From Microgenomates group bacterium GW2011_GWF2_46_18 (GTDB lineage Bacteria > Patescibacteriota > Microgenomatia > UBA1400 > UBA12108), in NCBI GenBank assembly GCA_001002415.1, contig LCMB01000001.1, positions 33,999-97,998 of the forward strand: a stretch of 64,000 nt of DNA, in the 5' to 3' direction. This document shows, one piece after another, positions 1-9,910 of this stretch. A program made the translations under genes and the position numbers. Each line of letters opens with the position of its first letter. The stretch's first letter is position 1. The notes beneath the pieces are model-generated. The model did not search any database and was not told where the DNA came from. It saw only the letters and a program-made list of their open reading frames with translations.

Positions 1-140
1 AGGTACCTCGAGTACTAACTCTTAATGGTTCAGGAAAACACGCAGAAAGGCCCAAAAATTAGGCTGAGAAGAGAGTGAAAAAAGATAAATCGATAAACAT
101 AATTTGATTTAACTCGTGTTTTCTTGAATGTGTCCTTATT

Positions 141-743
141 CTACGCCAAAATACCCATTTCGTCCAGTTCGGAGCGGATTTTTGAATAAGAAAAACCATG
201 GCGGGCAAGATAGGCTACCAGATGGGAACGATCGTAGAGGGCGGATTTTTTGCGGATTAGCTTACGAAGAGCCGAATGGTCTATTTCGGGGGTGATAACC
301 ATCTTAATAAGATCGCGTGAAATCCCCTTTTGAGCTAATTCGGCGGATAACTGGAGAGCGGAGCGGGGACGAAACGAATTGCGGGAGTTGACAAACCAGC
401 GGGCAAAGGCGAGATCATCTAAATAGCCTTTGTCAATTAATCGATTAATCAATGAGTCTTGTTGATCAGGATCTTTGACTTGATACTCTCTAAGCCGATC
501 GCGGACTTCTTTGATGGAGCGAGGGCGAAAAGAGAGAAAGTTGAGGACTTTGGCATAAACTTTTTCGGCGTCGTCGAAAGCTTTGAGTGATTGAATGCGC
601 TCAGGCGAAAGTTCGACTCCTTTTGCTAAACCCTGTTTAACCACTTCATCAAGGGAAAGAGCAAGAGTAAAGAGGCCATCCACGTAGATATTAACGCGAG
701 ACGGATTACGCTTGCCGGCTGACAGACGCGTAATTATTGCCAT
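141..743 (-). CDS. recX: RecA regulator RecX
   Basis: Track ORF is 141..809. I prefer the internal Met (MAIITRLSAGKRNPSRVNIYVDG...), with cat at 741-743. Helical-repeat RecX-like sequence, located two genes downstream of recA. Confidence 0.8.
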   Translation of the reverse strand: MAIITRLSAGKRNPSRVNIYVDGLFTLALSLDEVVKQGLAKGVELSPERIQSLKAFDDAEKVYAKVLNFLSFRPRSIKEVRDRLREYQVKDPDQQDSLINRLIDKGYLDDLAFARWFVNSRNSFRPRSALQLSAELAQKGISRDLIKMVITPEIDHSALRKLIRKKSALYDRSHLVAYLARHGFSYSKIRSELDEMGILA

Positions 744-1489
744 AATGCAATTATCAAGGTGATTGAGAGAAAATAACTGGCAACAAATACTGTGCGGTTT
801 GTATACCACTGTTTGTTGAGTATGGTTGGGAAAAATTTTCCGGGCGTGCTGAGAATGATAAAGGTTTTGTAAAATTCGACAATGAGTCTTTCGAGTCCAG
901 CTGATCCTAAAATCAATATAGCTAAATTGTCTGTATAGCTATGAATAATAAAAGCTGAAAGAAACATAACTATAAAACTACGGGGAAATTTCAAAATCTC
1001 AAACCCTTCAATAGGAGCATCTTTCCAGACCCCCCCGATTGCTGGTATTATGGAAAGGATAATAGAGGGGATAATCCAGTAATTTCCATAATATTTGAGT
1101 AAAGAAAGCAAAATAATTATTACAGAAGTGAGGCTGGTGATCAGAATTCCGATAATTATTCGAGTCGTATACGTGGGAACTTTTCCGAAGATGTGAAATG
1201 ATTGGGGTATTTTATAGATATTTTTTCTTTGATTTTTGCGAAAAAATGCTTTCCAATATTCTTGTGTTAGTCTTTCTAGCGCAATGGCGGAAAATAGATA
1301 TACAAAGTTATGAATATTAGACTGATTTCCTGTGAATATCGTCAATAATCCCATGTAATAAACTACGGTTATCAGGGGGGATCGTAAAAAGCTAAGTAAG
1401 CTAAAATTTTCGTATGGAGAATCTTTGAAAGCTCCCCAAGAGGCTGTGGCAAATCCACCCGACAAACCAAAAATGAGATTATAGATCAT
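734..1489 (-). CDS. polytopic membrane protein with internal duplication, unknown function
   Basis: 251-aa ORF with many hydrophobic segments. Two homologous halves: GGFATASWGAFKDSPYENFSLLSFLRSP...ALERLTQEYWKAF versus GGVWKDAPIEGFEILKFPRSF...GLERLIVEFYKTF. The stop overlaps the recX start by 10 nt. Confidence 0.55.
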   Translation of the reverse strand: MIYNLIFGLSGGFATASWGAFKDSPYENFSLLSFLRSPLITVVYYMGLLTIFTGNQSNIHNFVYLFSAIALERLTQEYWKAFFRKNQRKNIYKIPQSFHIFGKVPTYTTRIIIGILITSLTSVIIILLSLLKYYGNYWIIPSIILSIIPAIGGVWKDAPIEGFEILKFPRSFIVMFLSAFIIHSYTDNLAILILGSAGLERLIVEFYKTFIILSTPGKFFPTILNKQWYTNRTVFVASYFLSITLIIALWQ

Positions 1490-1555
1490 AAATTTATGAT
1501 GAAGGAGACACGCGGAAGTGTCAAATTGTTCTATGGCTAGTTATGTTTTACACTA

Positions 1556-2599
1556 TTAGCTGGCTTTTTCAGTCGTTTTGATTTTGTCCCAGATTTCCTT
1601 CTCAAGCTTCTTCATTAATTCCGGTCTTTCTTCCAAAATAACTTTGGTAGCTTCCCGGCCTTGGGCAAGCATTTCTCCTTTGTATTTAAAGAATGAACCA
1701 GATTTTTCGATAATTTCATGTTCGACGGCAATATCAAGCACACCTCCAGAGCGGGAAATACCGCCTGTCGTCATAATATCAAACTCGGCGAGTTTAAACG
1801 GAGGAGCAACTTTGTTTTTAACAATTTTGGCACGGTGGCGGGAGCCAATGATGGTCTCTCCTTCGGTAATATTGCCAATCTTGCGCATATCGATCCGAAC
1901 GGAAGAGTAAAATTTGAGGGCTTGTCCACCAGTAGTTGTTTCGGGATTACCAAACATGACACCGATTTTCATTCTGAGTTGATTGGTAAAGATCATAACG
2001 GCTTTACTTTTGCTGATAGCCCCGGTTAATTTGCGCAGAGCTTGACTCATCAGCCGAGCTTGCATACCCATCACGGCGTCACCCATTTCCCCTTCAATTT
2101 CGGCTTTGGGAACCAGAGCGGCTACGGAATCAACCACAATCACATCAATAGCACCGGAACGGATTAGGGTTTCGGCAATTTCGAGAGCTTGTTCACCGGT
2201 ATCGGGTTGAGAAATCAAAAGCTCATCAAGATTGACACCAACAGCCTTGGCGCGGGAAGGATCCAATGCGTGCTCGGCGTCGATAAAGGCAGCGGTGCCA
2301 CCATGTTTTTGGGCTTCAGCGATAACATGAAGACAAACTGTGGTTTTGCCGGAAGCTTCCGGACCATATATTTCGGTGATCCTGCCACGGGGAAATCCAC
2401 CAATACCGAGAGCCAAATCAAGAGCGAGAGCACTGGTCGGAATACAATCGATATCCATGTGGGTGGAAGTGCCTAGTTTCATGATGCTTCCGGTTCCGAA
2501 CTGTTTATCGATTTGTTCCATAGCCACTTTAATGGCCTGAAGTTTTTCAGATTGAAGAGTGCTTTTGGGAGGAGTGGTTTTGTCAATATTTTTGGTCAT
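1556..2599 (-). CDS. recA: recombinase RecA
   Basis: 347 aa. Walker [10 protein letters not shown], plus FIDAEHALD and the canonical RecA L1/L2 region. GGAGGT Shine-Dalgarno upstream. Confidence 0.98.
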   Translation of the reverse strand: MTKNIDKTTPPKSTLQSEKLQAIKVAMEQIDKQFGTGSIMKLGTSTHMDIDCIPTSALALDLALGIGGFPRGRITEIYGPEASGKTTVCLHVIAEAQKHGGTAAFIDAEHALDPSRAKAVGVNLDELLISQPDTGEQALEIAETLIRSGAIDVIVVDSVAALVPKAEIEGEMGDAVMGMQARLMSQALRKLTGAISKSKAVMIFTNQLRMKIGVMFGNPETTTGGQALKFYSSVRIDMRKIGNITEGETIIGSRHRAKIVKNKVAPPFKLAEFDIMTTGGISRSGGVLDIAVEHEIIEKSGSFFKYKGEMLAQGREATKVILEERPELMKKLEKEIWDKIKTTEKAS

Positions 2600-2689
2600 A
2601 GTATTACCTCCATAAATATAATATCAGTAATATAAATATGACCCAAAAAGGACCCGAAATCAAGTGATCAAAATAGAACAAAGGGAAAT

Positions 2690-3103
2690 TTACCGTTTCG
2701 GAGATTGTTTGCCGCGGCGAGATTTGCCACCCTTGCCAACTTGGCGACGCTGGCGAGCACGAGGATCGCGAGTTAAAAGACCGGCGGATTTGAGAATTGG
2801 ACGGAAAGCGGCAGGATCGAGGGCGGAGAGAGCCCGGCTGAGTCCATGGACGGTAGCCCCAAGTTGAGAATTTTTGCCTCCACCTTTGACCATAATAGAA
2901 GCGGAATATTTGTTGAGAGTGTCGGTTAAAATAAAGGGTTGTCGATAAAGAGCTTTGGCGGTATCACCCGAAAAATAAACTTCGGCGGAAACCCCATTGA
3001 CGGTTAATTGGATTTTTTCGGTGTTGGGAACGGAAGGTTTACCGTAAAGACGGATACGGGCAATACTGGTCTTGCGACGGCCGACAGCGGGGGTATAGTT
3101 CAT
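2690..3103 (-). CDS. rpsI: 30S ribosomal protein S9
   Basis: 137 aa. C-terminal GGGKSRRGKQSPKR and an S9-like core. 4-nt overlap with rplM. Confidence 0.95.
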   Translation of the reverse strand: MNYTPAVGRRKTSIARIRLYGKPSVPNTEKIQLTVNGVSAEVYFSGDTAKALYRQPFILTDTLNKYSASIMVKGGGKNSQLGATVHGLSRALSALDPAAFRPILKSAGLLTRDPRARQRRQVGKGGKSRRGKQSPKR

Positions 3104-3531
3104 GATAATTTCTCCTTGTGGGTAAAGTTATTGGCGTGGGGATGAGTGGAGTCCAAATAAATTTTGAGACGGCGAAGACGAGGGGATTGGAGTTTATTTT
3201 TGGGAAGCATGCCACGGACGGCAAATTCGATCACTTTTCTAGCATCTTTCTCCATTTGTTTGCCCAAAGTAATTTCGCGATAGCCACCGGGATAATTGGA
3301 GTGGCGAGAGTAGGTTTTGGCCAAAAGTTTGTTACCAGTTACATGAATGGCTTTGGCGTTAATCACGACGCAGTAGTCACCCAAATCTAAGTTGGGAGTG
3401 AAGGAGGGTTTGTGTTTGCCCATGAGAAGTCCGGCAATTTGGGAGGCTAAGCGACCCAAGGTTGCACCCTGGCAGTCAAGCAAATGCCAAGCTCTAACGG
3501 TAGAGGCATTTTTGGCGGAAGTAGTTTTCAT
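3100..3531 (-). CDS. rplM: 50S ribosomal protein L13
   Basis: 143 aa. WHLLDCQGATLGRLASQIAGLLMGKHKP is typical of the L13 N-terminus. Confidence 0.95.
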   Translation of the reverse strand: MKTTSAKNASTVRAWHLLDCQGATLGRLASQIAGLLMGKHKPSFTPNLDLGDYCVVINAKAIHVTGNKLLAKTYSRHSNYPGGYREITLGKQMEKDARKVIEFAVRGMLPKNKLQSPRLRRLKIYLDSTHPHANNFTHKEKLS

Positions 3532-4052
3532 CGATCTCCTCGTTTACCTGCCCTCGAGGGGGCGAGTTTGACAGAACTAACTTTGGTCGTTTTGGGAGCG
3601 GTTAATTTGGGGAGAATAGGACTGGTTTTGACGGGAGTGGAGGCTGGGGATTCGGCTGGAGCAACTGAGGATTTGGTGGGAGTCACCGGTAATGCTTGTT
3701 TAGTCAAAGCAAGCCGAACCATTTTGGAGTTGTCTCCTAGGCGGACTCGAATGGGGGTAAGGCGAGTGTAACCCCCGCTTTTGGCGGCAGAGTAACGAGG
3801 GGCAATTACTTTGATGAGTTTGGCGGTGGCGCGTTTTTGTTGGACGAAGGAATGAACGCGACGCGTTGAAGCTAAGGTACCAGCAAGAGCCTGGGTAAGA
3901 AGTTTTTCAAAAATTGGCTGGACGGCTGAAGCCTTGGCAAAAGTGGTTTGGAGAGACTCTTTCTCGATCAACGAGATTACCAGGCTACGAAAAAGTGCCT
4001 GACGTTGTTGGGAGTCTCTCCCGAGCCGGTAGTGACTAATCTGTTTTTTCAT
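3528..4052 (-). CDS. rplQ: 50S ribosomal protein L17 with P/S/T/K-rich C-terminal extension
   Basis: 174 aa. The L17 core (HYRLGRDSQQRQALFRSL...GGYTRL) is followed by roughly 55 aa of low-complexity tail. Confidence 0.9.
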   Translation of the reverse strand: MKKQISHYRLGRDSQQRQALFRSLVISLIEKESLQTTFAKASAVQPIFEKLLTQALAGTLASTRRVHSFVQQKRATAKLIKVIAPRYSAAKSGGYTRLTPIRVRLGDNSKMVRLALTKQALPVTPTKSSVAPAESPASTPVKTSPILPKLTAPKTTKVSSVKLAPSRAGKRGDR

Positions 4053-4951
4053 TTGACTCTAGTTAAACCTTTGCTAGTAAGGGCTTCATCGAGAAGATCA
4101 ACCGACTTGCCGCCAAGATTTTTGACATTCTTGAGATCTTTGTTGGTAGCCTTGATTAATTCTTGAGCCGAATTATAACCGGCGTTTTTGAGGGCATTAC
4201 TGACCCGAGTAGGTAAACCCAGTTCATCAATCCCTACCACAGAGGAGGTTCCGAGAGAACTAGCTACTTGCTCGTCGGGAAGAGTAGGATTAATAATCTG
4301 ACTAAAGGCGGCAACTAAGACCTCGGCGGCGGACTTGAGGGCGTCAGAGGGAGAAGTGGCTCCATCGGTAGTAATATCAATAACTAGTTTGTCGTAGTCA
4401 GTACGGCGGCCAACCCGAGTGGCGGCGACTTGATAACTAACGCGTTCGACGGGAGAAAAGATCGCATCAAGAGACAAAATACCGAGGGTTGAAGAAGGAC
4501 GTTCTTCGGCGGGCGAGTAACCATAGCCAGTTTCGATGGTTAGTTCAAGCTCAAGTTTGGTACCAGAACTAACGTTGGCGATCACCGCATCGGAATTGAT
4601 AACTTTCACGGTGGCGGGAGCGACAATGTCTTTGGCGGTAACAACCTTGGGGCCTTTAACCGAAAGTTTGGCGGTAACGGGTTCGTCACCAGTATAGGCA
4701 ACTTTGACAGTTTTGAGGTTGAGCATCAAATCAACCATGTCTTCGCTCAAGCCTTCAAGGGTGGAAAATTTGTGGGTAACACCAGCAACTTTGACGGCAG
4801 TAATGGCGGCCCCGCGGAAACTTCCCAAAAGGACACGACGGAGGGCATTGCCGAGGGTGTGGCCAAAACCGTTTTCAAGCGGTTCGATCGAGAAAATGCC
4901 ATGATTGGCAGTTTCTTGCTGAGTATTGAGGGCGAAGTGCATAGCTTTCAT
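4049..4951 (-). CDS. rpoA: DNA-directed RNA polymerase subunit alpha
   Basis: 300 aa. FGHTLGNALRRVLL motif, a C-terminal HhH-like CTD, and the canonical position between rpsD and rplQ. Confidence 0.95.
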   Translation of the reverse strand: MKAMHFALNTQQETANHGIFSIEPLENGFGHTLGNALRRVLLGSFRGAAITAVKVAGVTHKFSTLEGLSEDMVDLMLNLKTVKVAYTGDEPVTAKLSVKGPKVVTAKDIVAPATVKVINSDAVIANVSSGTKLELELTIETGYGYSPAEERPSSTLGILSLDAIFSPVERVSYQVAATRVGRRTDYDKLVIDITTDGATSPSDALKSAAEVLVAAFSQIINPTLPDEQVASSLGTSSVVGIDELGLPTRVSNALKNAGYNSAQELIKATNKDLKNVKNLGGKSVDLLDEALTSKGLTRVK

Positions 4952-4962
4952 AAAGAACTCCT

Positions 4963-5571
4963 TTAGCGACTATAAAATTCTACGATTAATTGTTCATTAA
5001 TAGGTTCGGTTAAATCGGTGCGGACGGGGACGCGGAGCATTTTGCCAGCAGTAGCTTGACGTTTCAGCCAAGCTGGAGCTGAGATATCTTTGTTGGTTAA
5101 GAGAACTTTGATATAGGGGATCTGGGCGGCATGGTCTGAGAGAGAAACAACTTCGTCGGGACAAACGTTGTAGGAGGGAATAGAGAGCTTATGGCCGTTA
5201 ACTAGGACGTTGCCATGAGAAACTAATTGACGAGCGGCGCGACGAGTTGGAGCAAAGCCAAGCCGATAGATGACATTATCAAGTCGGCGTTCGAGGAGAG
5301 AAAGCATCACTTCGCCGGTAGCCAGGGGATTTTTGGAAGCCTGCAAATAATATTTATGGAATTGTTTTTCCAGCAAGCCATACATAACCTTGGCTTTTTG
5401 TTTCTCGGCGAGTTGGATTCCATAATCAGATTGTTTGCGAATACCCTTTTTCCCGTGTTGGCCAGGGGGGGTATTGAGCCGGCGTTCAAGTGATTTGGGA
5501 TTGGTTTTTAAGCCTAAATCAACTCCAAGACGACGAGCTTTTTTGTTTTTGGGTCCAGTATAACGAGCCAT
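4963..5571 (-). CDS. rpsD: 30S ribosomal protein S4
   Basis: 202 aa. MARYTGPKNKKARRLG N-terminus and an S4 RNA-binding domain. Confidence 0.95.
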   Translation of the reverse strand: MARYTGPKNKKARRLGVDLGLKTNPKSLERRLNTPPGQHGKKGIRKQSDYGIQLAEKQKAKVMYGLLEKQFHKYYLQASKNPLATGEVMLSLLERRLDNVIYRLGFAPTRRAARQLVSHGNVLVNGHKLSIPSYNVCPDEVVSLSDHAAQIPYIKVLLTNKDISAPAWLKRQATAGKMLRVPVRTDLTEPINEQLIVEFYSR

Positions 5572-5573
5572 AT

Positions 5574-5945
5574 TTATCCGTGCCTTGGTTTTTTGGCTCT
5601 GGTCCCGTTGTGGGGGATCGGAGTCACATCTTGTAATTCGGTCACGCGAATACCAATATTGCGTAAAACACGCAAGGCCGCATCGCGACCTGGTCCGGGA
5701 CCTTTAATGTAGACAGCAGCTGAACGAAGCCCTTTGCCTTTGGCGGTTTCGATGGCAGCGGTGATCGCTTGAGTGGCGGCATAGGGAGTACTTTTGCGCG
5801 AACCCTTAAAACCAACTTTACCGGTAGAACTCCAGGCGAGGGCGTTGCCGGAAGGGTCAGTAATCGTTATCAAGGTATTGTTGAAGGTAGCTACGACGTA
5901 GATACGACCTTCATTGATTTGGGGAGAGGAGTTAGTAATTGGCAT
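5574..5945 (-). CDS. rpsK: 30S ribosomal protein S11
   Basis: 123 aa. GFKGSRKSTPYAAT and DVTPIPHNGTRAKKPR motifs. Confidence 0.95.
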   Translation of the reverse strand: MPITNSSPQINEGRIYVVATFNNTLITITDPSGNALAWSSTGKVGFKGSRKSTPYAATQAITAAIETAKGKGLRSAAVYIKGPGPGRDAALRVLRNIGIRVTELQDVTPIPHNGTRAKKPRHG

Positions 5946-5966
5946 AAAATGTTTAGGTTAATTTAG

Positions 5967-6368
5967 TTATTGTCCTTCTGGAGTAGCGACTTTGGCGGCA
6001 TCTTCTTTCTTCATGGCACCAATGGTTTTACGTTTGCCGCGGAGGGTGCGAGCATTGGTACGGGTCCGTTGACCATGGACTGGCAAACCGACAGCATGGC
6101 GGTGGCCACGATAACTACCGACGCGCTTGAGTCTTTGAATGTTTTCGCGAATTTCTTTGCGGAGATCACCCTCTACTTTGTGAGATTCGAGGGCTTTTTG
6201 TAATTTGGCGACGTCTGTCGCGGTTAAATCTTTGGCTCGAGTATCGGGATTAATTTTGGTCACGGTTAATACGCTCTTGGCCAGGTGAGGTCCTACCCCA
6301 TAGATGTAGGTTAAGGCAACTTCAATGCGTTTTTTCTCTGGTAAATCGATACCGACTAAACGTAACAT
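5967..6368 (-). CDS. rpsM: 30S ribosomal protein S13
   Basis: 133 aa. LRLVGIDLPEKKRIEVALTYIYGVG and RGHRH motifs. Confidence 0.95.
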   Translation of the reverse strand: MLRLVGIDLPEKKRIEVALTYIYGVGPHLAKSVLTVTKINPDTRAKDLTATDVAKLQKALESHKVEGDLRKEIRENIQRLKRVGSYRGHRHAVGLPVHGQRTRTNARTLRGKRKTIGAMKKEDAAKVATPEGQ

Positions 6369-6373
6369 ATAAA

Positions 6374-6487
6374 TTAACCCTGTCTTTGCTTATGACGAGC
6401 ATTCTCGCAAACAATAAATAATACGCGGCGTCGGCGGACAAATTTACATTTCTGACAGCGTTTTTTGAGTGAAGATTGAACTTTCAT
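6374..6487 (-). CDS. rpmJ: 50S ribosomal protein L36
   Basis: Not in the ORF track because it is under 60 aa. My manual minus-strand translation is [37 protein letters not shown] (37 aa). It sits in the canonical slot between infA and rpsM. Confidence 0.88.
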   Translation of the reverse strand: MKVQSSLKKRCQKCKFVRRRRVLFIVCENARHKQRQG

Positions 6488-6490
6488 AGG

Positions 6491-6733
6491 TTATTTGGCG
6501 GGTGGCAGTTGGCCTTCCCGGATACGATAGGTAATACGACCCTTTTGAGAATCGTAAGGAGTCATTTCGATTTTAACTTTATCTCCAGGCATAATACTAA
6601 TTCTAAACATGCGCATCTTGCCAGATAAATGCGCAAGGATTTCGGATCCTTCGTCTAGTTGGACACGAAACATGGTGTTAGGGAGGGCTTCTGTTACTAC
6701 CCCTAAATGTTCTGTGACACCTGTTTTGGCCAT
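6491..6733 (-). CDS. infA: translation initiation factor IF-1
   Basis: 80 aa. S1-like OB fold, e.g. [23 protein letters not shown]. Confidence 0.95.
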   Translation of the reverse strand: MAKTGVTEHLGVVTEALPNTMFRVQLDEGSEILAHLSGKMRMFRISIMPGDKVKIEMTPYDSQKGRITYRIREGQLPPAK

Positions 6734-6751
6734 AGGATGGATTGTACCAGA

Positions 6752-7507
6752 TTAGACAATCTGAGACAATGCTGGATTGGTCAGAATAAGACAACCGCCC
6801 GGGACAACCTGGACGGTCTCTTCGAATACGGCTGAAAGTGTACCATCTTTTACGGAGATTGTCCAGCCATCTTCCTCAAGAAAGAGAGCTGGTTTACCCT
6901 CGACATAGATGAGTTCAATGGCGAGAGTCTGCCCGAGGGTAATGACTGGGGTTTGCTCACGTGGGCCTAACACGCGATTACTAATCATGGGCTCTTCGTG
7001 AAGTTCCCGCCCTACCCCGTGACCAGTTAGCTCCCGAGTAGTGGAATAGCCATATTTTTTGACTGTCGAGTCCATCGCTAACGAGATATCGCCAATATAA
7101 TTTCCGGGTTTGACAGCGTCGATGGCTAGTTGAAGTCCCTCGAGTCCGGCTTGCAAAAAACGCCTTTGTTCGGGAGTACTATTTCCCACCACTTTACTAA
7201 AAGCGGCGTCGGTGTGAAACCCATGGTAATATACCCCGACATCAACCGTAATTAGGTCACCATCCCGAAAAGGAACGGTCGAGGTAGGAATACCATGAAC
7301 AATCCCGGCGTTTAGGTTAACACAGGTCGCCCAGTGATAGGAGGGAACTTTGGTAAAGCTTAGTTCACCCCCTAGTTGTTTGATCAGGCGACGAGCTTCT
7401 TGTTCGATAGCGGCAGGGGTGACGCCAACTTGGGTAAAAGCGTAGAGGTCACGCCTAACTTGGCCCAAAATAGCCCCTCCTTCTTGCATGGCGTGGAGTT
7501 TGTTCAT
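6752..7507 (-). CDS. map: type I methionine aminopeptidase
   Basis: 251 aa. Metal-ligand context DVGVYYHGFHTDAA, GHGVGRELHEEP and EETV. Confidence 0.9.
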   Translation of the reverse strand: MNKLHAMQEGGAILGQVRRDLYAFTQVGVTPAAIEQEARRLIKQLGGELSFTKVPSYHWATCVNLNAGIVHGIPTSTVPFRDGDLITVDVGVYYHGFHTDAAFSKVVGNSTPEQRRFLQAGLEGLQLAIDAVKPGNYIGDISLAMDSTVKKYGYSTTRELTGHGVGRELHEEPMISNRVLGPREQTPVITLGQTLAIELIYVEGKPALFLEEDGWTISVKDGTLSAVFEETVQVVPGGCLILTNPALSQIV

Positions 7508-7511
7508 AGAT

Positions 7512-8090
7512 TTAGGCGTTAATGTGCGAGAGAATTTCTTGGTGAACGGTGTTGATATCGGCTTCGCCGTTAATTTCGATTAAGACTCCTTGAGCCCGGT
7601 AATACGAAAGAACTCCTTCTTCTTCGGCCTGATAACGTCGAAGACGTTCGCGGATTAATTCTTCGGAGTCGTGGAGAGAACCGTCTTGAAGCTTGCGGCC
7701 ACGTTTAAGCAGGCGGTCAATACTAACTTCCTCACGAACTTTGAGATAAAAAACAAAATCGACTTTTTTGCCGTATTTGTCGAGTTTATCAGCCAAGAAT
7801 TCGGCTTGAGTCAGATTGCGGGGGAAGCCATCGATCACCCAGCCACTTTGCATTTCGGGATCTTTGAGCCTGGCTTTCCAGAGGACAAACATTTCGGAAT
7901 CACCGACATAGTGCCCGCTAGCCATGGTTTCTCGACAGATATCACCCATAATACCTTTGTCGATTTCAGCCATGCGACGAACTAAATCTCCGGAGGGTTG
8001 ACAGGGAATGGCAAGTTTCTCGGCCAACATTTTGGCTTGGGTGGTTTTACCCGCACCTTCGGGGGCATAAAAGATGATGTTCTTGGCCAT
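7512..8090 (-). CDS. adk: adenylate kinase (short-lid type)
   Basis: Track ORF is 7512..8108. I prefer the Met at 8090, which has an AAGGAG SD. P-loop APEGAGKTT, and no Cys4 lid. Confidence 0.88.
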   Translation of the reverse strand: MAKNIIFYAPEGAGKTTQAKMLAEKLAIPCQPSGDLVRRMAEIDKGIMGDICRETMASGHYVGDSEMFVLWKARLKDPEMQSGWVIDGFPRNLTQAEFLADKLDKYGKKVDFVFYLKVREEVSIDRLLKRGRKLQDGSLHDSEELIRERLRRYQAEEEGVLSYYRAQGVLIEINGEADINTVHQEILSHINA

Positions 8091-8171
8091 AATAAAACTC
8101 CTTAACATGAACTTATGATGAACAACTGGGTTATTATAGCGTACCGGAAGGAATGTGGAATAGTCCCCGAT

Positions 8172-8603
8172 TCATCGATAATTTTCGATTTTTCTACGTA
8201 ATACCCAACTGTTTATTAGATATAGAATACTTGCGAGCATTAAATATTGGATCAGGGCATTGGCTGTAAAGTTTTTATCGAGAGCAAAAGATACCTGTGG
8301 GGGTCCTTGTGTAAAATAGCTCCAAGTACGAAGCGCCAAGAACCAGATTGGAGTAAATAGGATAAATATTAAAATATCTAACAAATACCATGGCATTATT
8401 GGCAATCTGCGATATCTGGAAATAAGAATAAAAATGCTCGCTATAATTATTGGTGTAAATGTAGTTACACCAATTATGTATAGACTCAAAGATAGTTGAG
8501 GGTTAACGAGAGAAACGACGCGAGACATGATCATGGCATAGACAAAGAGTAAACCTATACCGATCAGATACGAAATAAGAAATGTAAAATAAAACTTTCT
8601 CAT
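8172..8603 (-). CDS. small 4-TM membrane protein, unknown function
   Basis: 143-aa hydrophobic ORF with no motif I recognise. It lies between secY and adk, which are normally adjacent. Confidence 0.5.
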   Translation of the reverse strand: MRKFYFTFLISYLIGIGLLFVYAMIMSRVVSLVNPQLSLSLYIIGVTTFTPIIIASIFILISRYRRLPIMPWYLLDILIFILFTPIWFLALRTWSYFTQGPPQVSFALDKNFTANALIQYLMLASILYLINSWVLRRKIENYR

Positions 8604-8626
8604 AAGTAATTGTGTAAGTAAAGAAA

Positions 8627-9910
8627 CTACCTAACAAAACTATCGTAGGAACGGGCAACGGTGTAGGATTGCATTTTGCGGTAGGTTTCGAGAATAACGG
8701 AAACAACAATCAAGAGGCTGGTTCCGCCGACAGTAAAGGTCGAGACACCGGTAGCGCCGGAGATAAGACTAGGGAGAATGGCTATAAGACCCAGAAAAAC
8801 TGCACCGGGAAGAGTGGTTTTGCGCACAATGTTTCCCAGATAGGTGGCGGTGTGGGTACCAGGACGAATACCGGGAATATAGCCACCATTTTTTTTGAGA
8901 GAATCGGCAATTTTGGTTGTATCAAAAACAACGGCAGTGTAAAAGTAGGTAAAGCCGACCACAAGACTAAAATAAATGAGATTATAGGAGAGCGAGGTGG
9001 GGGTAAAGTGGGCGGAAAAATTGGCGGCAACAGAGGCGATATTTGGATTGGGGAGCTTAGCTAAAGCCTGGGCCAACATGGAGGGAGCTAGAACTAAGGC
9101 AATGGCAAAAATAATCGGGATCACTCCGGCGTTATTCAGTTTGATTGGCAAATAGGTCGAGGTAGTTCCACTGGCTCCACCGCGAATGCGACGAGAGTAC
9201 TGAACAGGAATTTGGCGTTTGGCTTCGTCGATGGCAATAATCGCGGCAATGACAGCCAAGCCGGCGACGGCGACGGCCAAAATATTCCAGGGATTGACAG
9301 TCGAGAGGATGGCTTCCGTACGCAAGAAACTAAGGGGAATGCGGCCAACGATACCAGCAAAAATAATCAAGGAGATCCCGTTGCCGAGGCCGTACTCGGT
9401 CAAGTTTTCACCCAGCCACATGAGAAAAATACTGCCGGCGGCCATGGTTGCAAGGAGCGCAAACAGAGCCAAGGGAGAAGTGATGGTGACGAGATTGCCG
9501 GACCTAAGAAGCATGTACATAGCGGCCGACTGTAGGAGTGCTAAAGGAACGGTAATCATGCGGGTGTACTGATTAATTTGTTCACTGCCGCTTTCACCCT
9601 CTTTGGAGAGTTCGGACAGTTTGGGAGAGATCATGGTCATAAGCTGCATAATAATCGAAGCGTTAATGTAGGGATTTAACCCTAAAGCTAAGACGGAAAA
9701 ATTGGCGAGAGTCCCACCAGAAAAAACGTCGAGAAGTGACAAAAGCTGATTGTTGGAAAAAACATCTTTAATCGCTTCGACGTTGACACCAGGAACGGGG
9801 ATATGAGTAATCAGACGGAAAATGGCAAGAATCAAAAGGGTAAAAAGCAACCTCCGCTTAAGTTCGCGGTTGGTTTTAATGGTAGTGATAATTTCACTGA
9901 TCTTGGGCAC
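8627..9910 (-). CDS. secY: preprotein translocase subunit SecY
   Basis: The track ORF extends to 10003, well inside rplO. I prefer the GTG at 9910, preceded by GGTGGAG. Ten-TM SecY-like sequence. The start is uncertain. Confidence 0.9.
   Translation of the reverse strand: MPKISEIITTIKTNRELKRRLLFTLLILAIFRLITHIPVPGVNVEAIKDVFSNNQLLSLLDVFSGGTLANFSVLALGLNPYINASIIMQLMTMISPKLSELSKEGESGSEQINQYTRMITVPLALLQSAAMYMLLRSGNLVTITSPLALFALLATMAAGSIFLMWLGENLTEYGLGNGISLIIFAGIVGRIPLSFLRTEAILSTVNPWNILAVAVAGLAVIAAIIAIDEAKRQIPVQYSRRIRGGASGTTSTYLPIKLNNAGVIPIIFAIALVLAPSMLAQALAKLPNPNIASVAANFSAHFTPTSLSYNLIYFSLVVGFTYFYTAVVFDTTKIADSLKKNGGYIPGIRPGTHTATYLGNIVRKTTLPGAVFLGLIAILPSLISGATGVSTFTVGGTSLLIVVSVILETYRKMQSYTVARSYDSFVR

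Noticed and set aside
2600-2689. Search for an SOS/LexA-type operator upstream of recA
   Set aside because: The region is A+T-rich with several possible -10 boxes, but it contains no convincing palindrome of the CGAAC-N4-GTTCG or CTGT-N8-ACAG type.
8503-8709. 68-aa minus-strand ORF bridging the secY 3' end and the downstream membrane-protein gene
   Set aside because: It is an alternative frame overlapping both better-supported ORFs, with no start context.
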